The position numbers were made by a program, and so were the translations under genes. Below, one piece after another: positions 1-12,297 of a DNA stretch of 64,000 nt. The notes under the pieces are model-generated. The model saw nothing but the letters and a program-made list of their open reading frames with translations. It did no database searches and had not been told where the DNA came from. Source of the stretch: Eledone cirrhosa (taxonomy: Eukaryota); the NCBI GenBank assembly GCA_964016885.1, contig OZ024747.1, positions 80,476,001 through 80,540,000 on the forward strand, written 5' to 3'. Numbering within the stretch: the first letter of the stretch is position 1; each line of letters starts with the position of its first letter.

Positions 1-304
1 TAAATTCACTTATACAGATCGGTTTAAATTCGAGAGAGATGAATGCTATCAAAGTGTCTTAAGGTTTTTTTAATGTTACGCCGTAACACAAATAGTCAAA
101 GTCGATATTCTTAATTCTGTCTTTACTCCACACAAAATTCCGTACCTCGATCCTCTGGGTTTAAATCCCCAAAGAGCCCACTTCATCTTTTATTTCAGCA
201 GAATCAATAAAATCAATACCAATAATGTACCGTGAGCGTTCAATCAATATATATCCGCGTCATTGGAAAATTGATTTTCTGCCTGGTCAAACGAATCCCC
301 CCCC

Positions 305-312
<8 letters not shown>

Positions 313-401
<89 letters not shown>

Positions 402-448
402 ACACACACACACACTCACACAGATACACACACATACACACACACACA
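313..448. repeat. (CA)n microsatellite
   Basis: Direct dinucleotide run; source of the spurious HTHT/CVCV ORFs. Confidence 0.97.
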
Positions 449-836
449 GAGTGTAATTAAAAATAAGTAATCGTGATGTATTGCTAAATTTTCCTTGAAT
501 AGCAACCAAAAATTTCAGCCATATATATTGTACTGTATGAAAGAGAAATTGTATTATATACATATGCACACGCTTGTCTTACGTTTAAACCTTAAACACT
601 TTAACTATTTCTGAAGATATTCGTTCCTCTATACAATGTCTAGTTCTGTACGTCGCCCATATTGCATTAATTCTATTGTGTTATATGGGACATCACAGTA
701 AATAATTATTTTATAAAATTCGAGTAGCAATTGCATCGCACGCTGGATTTTATGGTGCAGTAAATACAATAAAGTTGTCCCCATATATTGCCTACTTCTT
801 ATTGTTTCTATTAACCTTTTTTGTTATGTTGTAGAC

Positions 837-1152
837 CAGGGGCGTACAACAGGCGGCCCGCGGGCCACAATCCGACCCGCCAGACGAGTCAGAGTGGCCC
901 GTGATGACAGTTTTTAATTTTGACCTTGTAGGCTTATTTAGAATTATTTTTCGTAACCGTAATACAATTTCTGTTAGTTGATCTATACTAAGGGGCTTCA
1001 CTGATAGGGTTATATGTGTTATAATTTCTCAGTGCCATGTCATGGAAAGATGTGGTGAATCTTTGGAATAGTGCTTAATAGATATTAATGGCTCTAATAG
1101 TTGTTCCAATGTTCAAAAGTGGCCCGCCAATGGAATATGTTGCACACCCCTG
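837..1152. mobile_element. hAT-type MITE (316 bp)
   Basis: TIRs CAGGGGCGTACAAC / GTTGCACACCCCTG; 8-bp TSD ttgtagac/gtgtagac; subterminal GGCCCG motifs typical of hAT (Charlie-like) elements. Confidence 0.85.
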
Positions 1153-3099
1153 GTGTAGACGTTAGTATTCAAGTTGTTTCATTTTGCTATGTCCGTTTGT
1201 ATTATTTTTCATTTTGGTGTTACTGAAAGTAGTCGTATAATACTTATTTTTGTTTATTTTGTCTGTTCTGGATCTTAGCATGTGTTTTTGGCTTTCAATG
1301 TCAGTTAGATTCTTGATTCTTCCAGGCTACAAATGTGCAAACATTGAATAATGATAGAGGTAATCAGAACCAGACACTCACTCCACGTCAGTTATGATAT
1401 TCTCTAGCTGGTTCCGTGTGAATTTGCTTCACCATTTTCCATTCCAAACAAGGCATTCTTGAAATGCCCCCTTAACAACTATTTCATAGAGCATTAGGAT
1501 ATATAGATTGTTTTCAGGCAAACATGAATTATTCAGCATGTGATCGCCTTATACGAAAACGAATTAAGTTTCCTCATTCTTCTTAGGAAGAAAATGAGAC
1601 TGCAATATTATTTTCTAAGTGTTAATATTTGATTAATATCTTAGAAACTAAGAAAAATTCTGTTTCAATAATATGAAGAAACCGTTCAATCACCTTCTCT
1701 TTTATATTATTGGTACTTGGTACATCCAGTTTGACATATCATTACCCATAGTAGCCATTATATCATATATTTTTATATAGAATGTCTTAAAGTGTTATAT
1801 ATTATGAAGATCTTCAGCATGACGCATCTGAGAATGAAAAATAAATTGCAACACTTCAAAAATATTGGCGGCGGTATTAACATTGGGGATTTTTGTTGTA
1901 GTAATACTCGCAGTATGATGTTACTAGTAATTATAGTGTCTCTACTGTTGATTGTAGTGTATTTATGCAGTTGCTTGTGTTCGCTGTGAAGTTGGTGAGG
2001 ACAGTTTGGGAATTAAGTATCTATGGGAAAAGAATTGATAAATTACTTTTGGACGAAATAAATTACTTTCTTCATAAAAACGAAGAAAGAAAAATCACTA
2101 AAATATAAATCAAACAAAACAAATAGAAAATATGTAAGAAAACTTAACTAAAACTTAAATGACTTCGCTAAGTTTGAAAATTGACAAATAATAGTCTAGA
2201 TAGACTGGCCGTTAAACGCTTTTTTCTTCTTCAGCACTATTAATAATACTCTGAAAAGATCTATGTTTACTCTGCAACATAGTTGAGATAATGGCATATT
2301 TTAGGAACTACTATTATTGTTTTAGTATGATTGTCCATTCAAAGTAGATGCTTGTGCTTGAAATCTATTTAAGATGTGGAGACAAAAAGCGCGGCGAATG
2401 CTGCTACCTATGAGAGAAAAAAAAAAAGAACTGATACATTTCCCGATAGAAATATATATTTTGGTTTAACAACATGGGGAGATGTTTGATGACGCATACG
2501 ATTGCTATAAAAGATAGAAGATAATATACTTATTGATACTTAGATCTCTATCCAATAAGAGGAAATAAGATTTTAATGTGAGTTTGACAGCTATATTTCA
2601 CGAAGACATTTTTCTCGATTAGTTATAAATCTAGGTTTTACGAGATGGGCGAGATATGTTAACGTGGGTATTACTTACTTAATAACCTGGGTGAGATATT
2701 TTAACGTCTATAGAATTGATATAGAGTTATTTTATTCTTATTGATAAGTATCCATCTTGATTAAAATGTTTTACTGTAGGACAGGTTTGCAGTCACTATA
2801 TAGTTACAGATCACGGTCAACGATATGTATGTGATTACAGGCAAAGATATTAACTACGTCGATAATATATATTCATTGTTTGTATGGAGCATCAGAAAAA
2901 CTTATGGAGGATTTAAGCAATACATCAGCATATTTAGATGTGTTTACTTTAATTCCGGTTGTAGGGTAAGGAGAAAGATAGCTGGAGAGATAGTCAAGGT
3001 TACATTATATCACCTTTTCTCTTTCAATTAAATGTAGATTTTCCTCCAGGAGATGGCCAGCCAAGATTTGGCTGATGATATTGCATTATTGGGGAGATA

Positions 3100-3272
3100 T
3101 CGATAGAGGGTCAGACGCCATGCTTTGCAGCATAGAGTTACGGCCCTTGCCATTCTGAGTTCAAATCCAGCTGAGGTTAACTTTATCTTTCATCCTTACG
3201 GGGTCGATAAAACGAAGTACCAATAATGCACTGGGTTATTGCAGGCCTTGTGCTAAAAGTAGAAACAATTAT
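3100..3272 (+). mobile_element. tRNA-derived SINE, 5'-truncated copy
   Basis: B-box-like GAGTTCAAATCC; core CTTTCATCCTTACGGGGTCGATAAAA shared by many copies in the window; flanking duplication tattggRgagatat. Confidence 0.85.
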
Positions 3273-3539
3273 TGGAGAGATATAAAGGCAGTCTAAAAAG
3301 GTTAACTGTATATCATCTGCAACACACACGTAGACACTCACATATACACACACTCACAGACACACACTCATATGTGTTATATGCAGTTAGTATCTCTGAC
3401 AAATTGTAGTTCTACCACGTCGCTCATAATATAGATTGTAATAAAAGCCACCTTAACAAATTTCGCCGATCACTGTAAGCTCACTGAAAGATTGTTTTAA
3501 CCACTCACTTTCTCTCTCGTTCTGTGATTCTGTCTGTCT

Positions 3540-3720
<181 letters not shown>

Positions 3721-3744
3721 TATATATATATATATATATATATA

Positions 3745-3870
3745 CAGAGAGAGAAATAACAACACAATCGGTACAGTATATGGAAGGGATCTATTAGGTT
3801 AACGCTTGATATAGCAAGAAGAGGGTATTAACGTTTCGGACGCTAGTCCTTCATAAGAAAAAAAAAATGA
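3745..3870 (-). mobile_element. Penelope-like terminal (pLTR) fragment with degenerate minimal hammerhead
   Basis: Minus strand reads CTTATGA-a-GGAC tagc GTCC-GAAA-cg-TT, the same scaffold as the hammerhead at 12389-12424; adjacent to (TA)n. Confidence 0.5.
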
Positions 3871-4096
3871 GTAATAAGAACGATTGAGGGGACGGGCGAG
3901 ATGGAATTGGAAAAAAATGTCTTTAGATAAAAATAACAGGTCCATTCATGTTGACATCTCTTGTAAAACTGTTGGTGCTGGCGTTTTGTGTATGATTTAT
4001 TTTTGAGAAAAGTGGATGATACATATTTATTTATTTATATATATATATTATGTATATATGTTTATATGTTTAATGTTTAAACATTTTCCTCTTCAG

Positions 4097-4234
4097 GTTT
4101 CGGAATTGAACGACTTGCGTTGTTAAAGATCAAGCTTTATGGAACCGAGGGAATATATTCAGCGTCCGTTATCAACCCTCCACCCAAGCTCTTTTCCGCC
4201 GGATCAAGGGATCTGCTTGTTCTAGCGTCACAAG
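4097..4234 (+). CDS. Probable internal exon (phase 1-1, 138 bp) encoding part of a PLAT/LH2 domain, polycystin-1-like or related gene
   Basis: Acceptor ttttcctcttcag|, donor CAAG|gtaata; translates (G)FGIERLALLKIKLYGTEGIYSASVINPPPKLFSAGSRDLLVLASQ, fitting the PLAT pattern TG...I.LYG..G...F..GS.D...L; neighbouring exons not identified. Confidence 0.6.
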
Positions 4235-4387
4235 GTAATATCGCCAAATACTATTCGAATCAATAAAACAGTGTTTCATTTCTTTAGAACTAACAAACGC
4301 TGCTGCAATTTGAATATTTTCCAATGTATTTATGTATTTGCTTGTTCTTTCGCTGAACCTACTACCTCATCATCATCATTATTTAAA

Positions 4388-4456
4388 GCCGAAATAGCTG
4401 TTGGTATAGCCTTAGACTGAAGATCTAAAGGTCCCCTTTTCAATCTCTGGTTTCGA
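4388..4456 (+). pseudogene. tRNA-Phe(GAA) pseudogene
   Basis: GCCGAAATAGCT...TTAGACTGAAGATCTAAAGGTCCC matches eukaryotic tRNA-Phe; D-loop deletion and degraded T-arm/acceptor. Confidence 0.8.
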
Positions 4457-4637
4457 GGGCGGTGTATTTGGCAGTATCTGTAGAAGGTCTGACGCCATGC
4501 TTTCCAGCATAGTTACGTCCCTTCATGGTCTGAGTTCAATTCCCGCCGAGGTTAACGTTGCCGTTCATCGTTACGGGGTCGATAAAATAAAGCACTAGGA
4601 TAATTGCTGGCCTTGTGCCAAAAGTAGAACAATTATA
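4457..4637 (+). mobile_element. tRNA-derived SINE
   Basis: GGCGGTG..TGGCAG head, B box, CGGGGTCGATAAAATAAAGCAC core, GGCCTTGTGCCAAAAGTAGAA tail. Confidence 0.88.
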
Positions 4638-4921
4638 TTTCTAACATATATTCCTGTATAACTAATTAGATACGGGGCAGAAACAAACACCTGCATATAT
4701 GAATTCATAAATATGAAGGTATTTATTGCTGTGTTCGAGTGAGTGTGAATACAAATAATCTGAAGTACACAGACACAGTCGTCCAGTATCTCTCTTTCTG
4801 TGGGTCTGATTAAATTGGTTTACAAAGCCAGTGGAAGAGAAACCGTACAGTTACTGTTGTCACACACCCAATGATGTTAAAATATTTAGACGTTACACAG
4901 CCTACCCACATTTCGCTATTA

Positions 4922-4957
<36 letters not shown>

Positions 4958-5185
4958 AAACGTGGTGCGTGGTTGCAAATGGGTTACATATGAATAAAGT
5001 TAGTCCTTCATCAGTGATCTTCCAACCTTCATTGGTATTTCATCGCTTTAAAGACCATATACCTCCGGTTGGTGCGAGCAACGGCTAAAGAAAGTCGTTG
5101 GGACACGTAAATAAGGGGAACGAGCGAGACTGTAAACAAACAAAGATGGTAATGCAACGAAACGTGAGGAAGAAAGAGTCAAGTA

Positions 5186-5214
<29 letters not shown>

Positions 5215-5222
<8 letters not shown>

Positions 5223-5612
5223 TAAAAAAATAATGAATAAAACAATGAAACAGTTCCTTATATTAAACAAAAAAAGTTCATTATTTAACGATCGTTTCTA
5301 GGATATATATGTGTTAGAATTGGCATGCATATTCAACAGATCTATGTACAAAATTATACAAAATTATACAAACTATCAAAATTAAATATACATACCAAAC
5401 ACATATATATGCCGTCTTCTTTTTTTGTTTAATATAAGGAACTGTTTCATTGTTTTATTCATTATTTTTTTAATATTTTATCTTGACTCTGTATTCCGTT
5501 TATCTTTCACCGAAAGTGATTTTTCATTACATCTCTTCTTTCCATGATATCCGGATTACATTGAGTTCTTCATACGGATTGGACACTACCGTAAACTCTT
5601 GGTAGATTTATC

Positions 5613-5615
<3 letters not shown>
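5215..5615 (+). mobile_element. (TA)n-inserted inverted-arm element (family C)
   Basis: Inverted arms 5215-5276 and 5419-5480, tail to about 5615, (TA)n on both sides. Confidence 0.7.
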
Positions 5616-5666
<51 letters not shown>

Positions 5667-5667
<1 letters not shown>

Positions 5668-5875
5668 CGAAGGAAGTGTGGTAAGGAACCAGGTGGACCA
5701 TAACGCATCAGAGAACTCGATACTTAGGATAGTAGAGTGGGTAATAGGAAAAGAGTCAAGACACCGACGGCTGAGCTCCGGCCGTTTCGACGAATACTGT
5801 CATGACACTACTGCATTAGTTCAGACCTAGCTGTCGAAACGTCCGGTCCTCAGCCGTCGGGGTTATGACTCTTTT

Positions 5876-5880
<5 letters not shown>
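5667..5880. mobile_element. (TA)n-inserted inverted-arm element, family B
   Basis: Imperfect inverted arms about 5744-5791 / 5833-5880 plus tail; homologous to 57736-57890 and 62582-62762. Confidence 0.8.
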
Positions 5881-5930
<50 letters not shown>

Positions 5931-5933
<3 letters not shown>

Positions 5934-6240
5934 TTATATTGTTTGTTGATTATCATTCAACAAAGTTAATTTTATAACAATTTTGAAGCACTCTACAGGA
6001 TTTATCTGGAGTATTATTAATATTAACAATATTAATAAATGGAAAATATCTTTATAATACCGCCGTTAGCGAGCTTATACTATTAAGTCTTTGCTAAGGT
6101 ATATCAATATCTTAACACCAAATATTATATTTTATCTGATGAAAGCACACTAAAACTTTGTGTCCTTGAAATACGTATAATAAAATAAATATGCTATTAT
6201 AAAGATATTTTCCATTTATTAATATTGTTAATATTAATAT
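5931..6240. mobile_element. (TA)n-inserted pLTR-like element related to family A, with type I hammerhead
   Basis: Inverted arms about 6015-6059 / 6195-6240 and a tail; hammerhead at 6129-6186. Confidence 0.8.
6129..6186 (+). ncRNA. Type I hammerhead ribozyme
   Basis: ATTTTAT-CTGATGA-AAGCACAC..GTGTCCTT-GAAA-TACGTA-TA-ATAAAAT: stem I, core, stem II, palindromic stem III. Confidence 0.75.
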
Positions 6241-6279
6241 ATATATATATATATATAATTAATAACAATAATAATAATA

Positions 6280-6847
6280 ATAATATGAAGGAGAAAAAGT
6301 AACAATTCTCTGGGACTTTCCTGTACATACTGACAAGACCATAAAAGCAAATAGACCTGATATTGTAAAAGATCAACATAACAAGGTCTGTTTATTGATA
6401 GATATGAGCATCCCATGTGATCATCACAATATCGCGAAAATATAAAGATCTGCTTATTGAAATTGAGAAAAATGTGGCACCTCAAGGCTGTTACAATACC
6501 AGTCATTGTGGGACACTGGGAATGATCAAGAAAGGAACAGAACAATATTTGCGAATGATTTCTGGTTTACCCTCCCTGCACTAGGTGCAAAAAATTGTTT
6601 TGACGTATTGAGAAGAGCACTATCTCTGTAAGATTGATATCCCTCCTTGTATTTACATATTCATATGCACATGTGTATATATGTATACTGTTGTATATAT
6701 GTATACATGTGTATATATGTGTACTGTTATATAACTTCTTTAAAAATGTAAATGTAAATTTTTTAAAAATATTTTTAATATTTTTAATATTTCTAATTTT
6801 TTTAAATATTTCTTATATTTTTACCTTTTGACATTAATTTTTTAATA

Positions 6848-6850
<3 letters not shown>
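6280..6850 (+). mobile_element. R4/Dong-like non-LTR retrotransposon 3' fragment (RLE domain, degenerate)
   Basis: Translates WDFPVHTDKTIKANRPDIV..CLLIDMSIPCD..KY.DLLIEIEKMWHLKAVTIPVIVGTLG with frameshifts and stops. Confidence 0.8.
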
Positions 6851-6888
<38 letters not shown>

Positions 6889-6890
<2 letters not shown>

Positions 6891-7293
6891 GTAGGAGGTG
6901 AGTTTTATTGTAGTACAATAAAGCAATGCAGATATCGGATAAGAAGCACTCTACAGTTTGTAGGACTGGAGTATACATAATATAAGATCAAAAGATGGTT
7001 AAAGGAGTTCCATGTATTTTATTATGCGCATTTCAAAAACAAACATCATCATGCAATAATATTTGTGTTTTCATCAGATAAAACAGGAGAATATGATATG
7101 AAGGCTAAAAAACACTTGTTGAGTTAAAAACATATGTTGATTTAAAAGTGCACTATCCACAAGTGTTTTTTAGCCTTCATATCATGTTCTCCTGTATTAT
7201 CTGATGAAAACACAAATATTATTGCATGATGATGTTTGTTTTTGAAATGCGCATAATAAAATACATGGAACTCCTTTAACCATCTTTTGATCT

Positions 7294-7301
<8 letters not shown>
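6889..7301. mobile_element. (TA)n-inserted inverted-arm element with a hammerhead in each arm
   Basis: 143-bp arms 6977-7119 and 7159-7301, tail 6889-6976; CTGATGA...GAAA-TGCGCA-TA on + (7195-7262), mirrored on - (about 7016-7083). Confidence 0.85.
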
Positions 7302-7386
<85 letters not shown>

Positions 7387-8239
7387 AATATTTTTAATTC
7401 TGACATTATTTTCCTAATGACACCCCTCTAAATATATTTTTTTATTCAAACTTTCACAGATCTTTCGTCTAAAATAATTAATCTCACACAAAATAATATA
7501 TATATATATTTTCTGAGTAAATCACTCATCAAATTTAACGGTTAACAAACAAAATTGGAGTTATCTTTCCTTTCTCAATCGTGCAAACAAATATATTATG
7601 TACGATAATCTATATAACTTCGCTAAATTAACAATATTCTGAAAACATTTTCAATGTTGAACAAAATATTCGAATCTACAAATTGTTCTCCTCTTACAAC
7701 TTGAACCACCTATTTGTTTATGGAAAATACAAAATCAACTTCCTTCGTAACTCATATTAGAAATATAAGCAACTAATAATTGTAAATTATTTCTATTTCT
7801 ATAATACTAATACATGCACAATTATTAATCTATATAGATATTTATATACATATAACTTATTGTAATGTAATAAGATAAAAATACTTACAACCATAATTCT
7901 TCATATAATCTAATTGATTATATATACAATATTATAACTCATAATATAGGTAAATAAATTTAAATTTAAACTCTGGAATCATATTCCACCTTTTCCCTCA
8001 AATTTAATGTAAATACAAGCTCTTCTTCCCTTTTCTTGTTTCCTACGCATACATACACATATCCTAATTATTTAAATTCTCCATATCGTCTAAAATAACG
8101 TTTTCAGCCCTTTACCTCAACCTCATTTGCATACTCATCTTAATAATTTGAAATATCTGACTTTTCTTCACTATCCAAGGAAAACTTGAACCATTAAGGT
8201 ATATTTCTTGGTTATGTCAACATTTATAAAACACACTTC

Positions 8240-8342
8240 GTATTTTATCTGCTGAAAGCGTACCAAAGTTTTGGTACCCTTGAAATATATATAATAGAAT
8301 AAATATGGTTTTATAAATATAGTTTCCATTTATTTAATATCA
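8240..8342 (+). mobile_element. Family A pLTR-like end with degenerate hammerhead
   Basis: TATTTTAT-CTGCTGA-aagcgtaccaa..ttggtaccctt-GAAA-TATATA-TA, followed by ATATGGTTTTATAAATATAGTTTCCATTT as in 12173-12281. Confidence 0.7.
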
Positions 8343-9036
8343 TTGTATATATATAATGTCATTTATATAATGTCATTGTATATATACATATATAATGTCA
8401 TTTATATAATGTCATTGTATATATATATATATATATAATGTCATTTATATAATGTCATTTATATTCATATGGTTTCAACCACTTTTTCTTCACCGTCGTT
8501 GGCAATATAGTAACCTGGTTTATATTTGGTAGAGACCCTGCATACACAAACATATACACATACACTCACATACACTCACGCACAGATAGAAGCACACATA
8601 CACACACACAACCACACGCACGCGTACACAATAAGAAATTGACATATATATATGTAAATATTCCCGTAAATATACGTCTAGATGCATTGCGAAATGTCAG
8701 TATATAGTGTAAGTTAAATTTGTATTTCTCACTGCTCTTCAAGTTGTCTGCCTCTTCAAGTTGTCTGCCCCTTCAGCTATCTATCTCATAATTCCTTCCA
8801 ATTTAACATCAATTTCCATTCGTCTTTTTCATCCAATTTTCTTTTTCTCTCCCCCTCTCTCTCCTTTCAATATTTCTCCTTCTTTCTTTCTCACCTTCTC
8901 TTTCTAACCTTTTCTCTCACTCTCCCGTCTCTATACAGAGATTCTCTATTTCTCAAAAGTCTTATTGTTTAACTCCTTCATTTCCCTCCTCTCCTATGTT
9001 CACTTGTATTTCTCTCACCATATCTCTCAATTTCAT

Positions 9037-9041
9037 ATCTC

Positions 9042-9124
<83 letters not shown>

Positions 9125-9200
9125 CTATCTCTCTCTCTCTATCTGAGTATCTCTCTCTCTATCTGTCTCTTTCTCTCTATCTGTCTATCTCTCTCTATCT
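9037..9200. repeat. (CT)n-rich microsatellite
   Basis: Direct repeat run. Confidence 0.95.
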
Positions 9201-9472
9201 CTTTCCTTTCTCTTTTTTAAATTATTTTATGACGAAATTAAATTCAGAAATAATGAAAATTTATCCACGATCCTTGCTTATATACTTTCCACATTTCCAC
9301 AAAGGTTTACTATCACGTGTTCCAAGCCAGATAACAAAATCTGTTTCCGGTCGATCTATCTTAGCAACAAAACAATAAAACGGCTGGGTTTTATGTTTCA
9401 ACAGATGTGAATTTGGTTTAAAAGTCAATAAAACAAACCGGAATCAATGTTCTATCATATATATCTTTATGG

Positions 9473-9813
9473 TTCTTCTTCTTCTTCTTCTTCTTCTTCT
9501 TCTTCTTCTTCTTCTTCTTCTTCTTCTTCTTCTTCTTCTTCTTCTTCTTCTTCTTCTTCTTCTCCTCCTTCTCCTCCTCCTCTTCTTCTTCTTCTTCTTC
9601 TTCTCCTTCTCCTCACCCCCTCCTCCTCCTCCTCATCATCTTCTTCTTCTTCTTCTTCTTCTTCTTCTTCTTCTTCTTCTTCTTCTTCTTCTTCTTCTTC
9701 TTCTTCTTCTTCTTCTCCTCCTCCTCCTCCTCTTCTTCTTCTTCTTCTTCTTCTTCTTCTTCTTCTTCTTCTTCTTCTTCTTCTTCTTCTTCTTCTTCTT
9801 CTTCTTCTTCTTC
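9473..9813. repeat. (CTT)n/(CCT)n microsatellite
   Basis: Direct trinucleotide run; poly-S/L/E ORFs here are artefacts. Confidence 0.97.
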
Positions 9814-10055
9814 TATTGCTAGTGTTGTCTCTGTTAATGTTGCTTCTGGTGTTGCTATTGGAATGATTTGCCGCTGCATCAGTTAGTGCCGTTTCGAAAT
9901 TTTAAATATACAGTTATTTTCTGTGTATCCTTCACCAACGTCGTCGTCGTCGTCGCCGCCGCTGTTGCTGTTGTTGAGATTGCTGTATTCTTTCTGGTAC
10001 ATGTTGTTGTTTGCTTGGAACTCTGCGCTTTATAGTCTATTTTGTTAATGGTATA

Positions 10056-10136
<81 letters not shown>

Positions 10137-10140
<4 letters not shown>

Positions 10141-10302
10141 AAGTTTTATTTAAAATTGTTGGGTTACAACAAGTAAATATTTTATAACCGATATAAAGCA
10201 CTCGACAAGTTTTTGGAGTAGATATACGATATTAAACAAATGGAAACTATATTTATAAAACCATATTTATTTCATTATACATATTTCAGGGATACCATAT
10301 TA
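10137..10302 (-). mobile_element. Inverted family A pLTR arm plus tail
   Basis: Reverse complement of 12204-12281, extended by the tail also seen at 15213-15300 and 50131-50217; stops inside the hammerhead stem II loop. Confidence 0.85.
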
Positions 10303-10527
10303 CTCTGGCAACTTAAACGTGATGATGTTGGGTATTCGATGTTTTGGAATATTGTCTCAAGAGGGATTCCTTTTAATTCCTCATCTGAGACATGTGATCT
10401 CTGTGTGGAGGAGATATTCTTTATATTAAAATCCAAAAATTCCCTTAATCTAAGGAACAATTTATTCAGTTGCTGCAGACATAGATTGAACTCAACGTTT
10501 AAATATAAATATAAATTTAAAATGTAG
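10303..10527 (+). pseudogene. C-terminal GIY-YIG endonuclease fragment of a Penelope-like element (Naiad-like)
   Basis: LWQLK...WNIVSRGIPFNSSSETCDLCVEEIFFI...LNLRNNLFSCCRHR matches the W.I...CxLCxxE...LNxRxE...CRH C-terminal pattern. Confidence 0.75.
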
Positions 10528-12172
10528 TATAATTAATTAAGAAATTTAATTAATGTATGAAACCTGACGATAAATCTTTCGATTCCTTCAACTTTTTCTT
10601 TTAAACCTTCTTCATAAATATAAACAAATGATGTAATTAAACTACTCTAAAATGTAGATGCTCCCAATGTATTAAATAAATTTTACGCAAGATAAATTTC
10701 TATACTAAATATAAGAGCATCCATAGAACCACAGGGTCTTCTAAATCCTTTAAATAATTTTTGTTAAATAATTTTTGCTTTTTTATTTGCTTTTTGATTC
10801 TGATTGCTTCTAAAAAACTTTGCAATATATTGTCTGAAAAATTGGAAGGATAGATTTCTGTGGTAAATATATGAAGCATACTGTTTTGTGGCCTGAGATA
10901 CTCTAGGGTGTGATGAAAATATTTTAACGTTTTGATATTTCTGTGCTGATATATTGATATCTGGTTATCTCTATACAAAGGCCATATGTATTAACATGCA
11001 TATGGAAATATTACAGAGTCTATTTTATCTGTTCATGTGCCTGTATGTGTGCATAGAGATGCTGGAATACTCACGCAGATATCTTATATATACATATATA
11101 TATATATATATGTAGGTATAGTTCTGTATATGTTACAGATATGCATAATATTATATACATGAACGATAATCATATGTGTGAGGGCATGAATATTAATCGT
11201 TTATTTTTTATGTATATGTATATAGTGAAATTTTTTATAACACAAGGACATTTTTTTATGACACAAGAAATTATAGAGTTGATCACGTAAAGTCATGTGT
11301 ATGTCTATATTATCGACTAGAGCTAGACATAACTTTCTCTTTTTCTTTTTTCAGAAAGTGCATATACGTATATATATATATACATATATATCTCCGTATT
11401 TTTATAAATAGGGTAATTTTTTGAAGATTTATCTCAGATTTTGGTACATTGACCTCAGAGTTTTAAACTAAACATATGGTCATTATTGAGCAAAATTATT
11501 TTCTCACATTATATATCTATGTCTCATTCATGAATATTGATATTTACATTATATTACCCAGTTCATATGAATTGATAATTCAAATTGATATGACATGACG
11601 TAAAGATGTAACTGTATCATCCCTCTCTCTAGATATAGCTCTTTCTTCTCCTCTCTCTTTATATATGATGAAGTTTTATGTATCTTCGCTTTGATTTTGC
11701 CTCTCATGTTTCTCTCTTATTTCTCTCTTGGTTTTCACCTCCCCCTATATAATTATTATTATTTTTTCTCCCTCTTTCTTTTCCTCCCACCTCTCTCTCT
11801 CTCTCTGTTTTCTCTTCATCTCCATTTTTTTTTCTTTCTCTCCGTCTCTTCTCTAACGGTGCTTAACACTATAACTAAATAATTACCGTACTCGCTCTCT
11901 CTTAAATCTCTCTATTTGTATGGTGAATTATTATTATTCATCTGTTGCCTTCGGTTGCTCTCTTTTTTCACCTCCTCCTTCTTTCTCTCTCCCCTATTTC
12001 TTTCTGTTTTTCTTTACATCCATTTCTTCTTTCTCTCCGTCTTTCTTTCTAACTGTACTTAACACTATAACTAAATAATTATAAACACTTCACTACCAAG
12101 CCAGCTTCCTACCTTAATGGTCGCTTATATTTATGGTACGTCAAAATTATTTATAAAACTGTTTATATATTG

Positions 12173-12238
12173 TATTTTATCTGACGAAGGCATGCCATAA
12201 TTTTAATATGGTATCCCTGAAATATGTATAATGAAATA
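12173..12238 (+). ncRNA. Type I hammerhead in family A pLTR
   Basis: TATTTTAT-CTGACGA-AGGCATGCCATA..TATGGTATCCCT-GAAA-TATGTA-TA-ATGAAATA. Confidence 0.7.
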
Positions 12239-12297
12239 AATATGGTTTTATAAATATAGTTTCCATTTGTTTAATATCGTATATATATATATATATA

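Noticed and set aside
4388-4456. Functional tRNA-Phe gene
   Set aside because: D-arm deletion, disrupted T-loop/B box and disrupted acceptor stem
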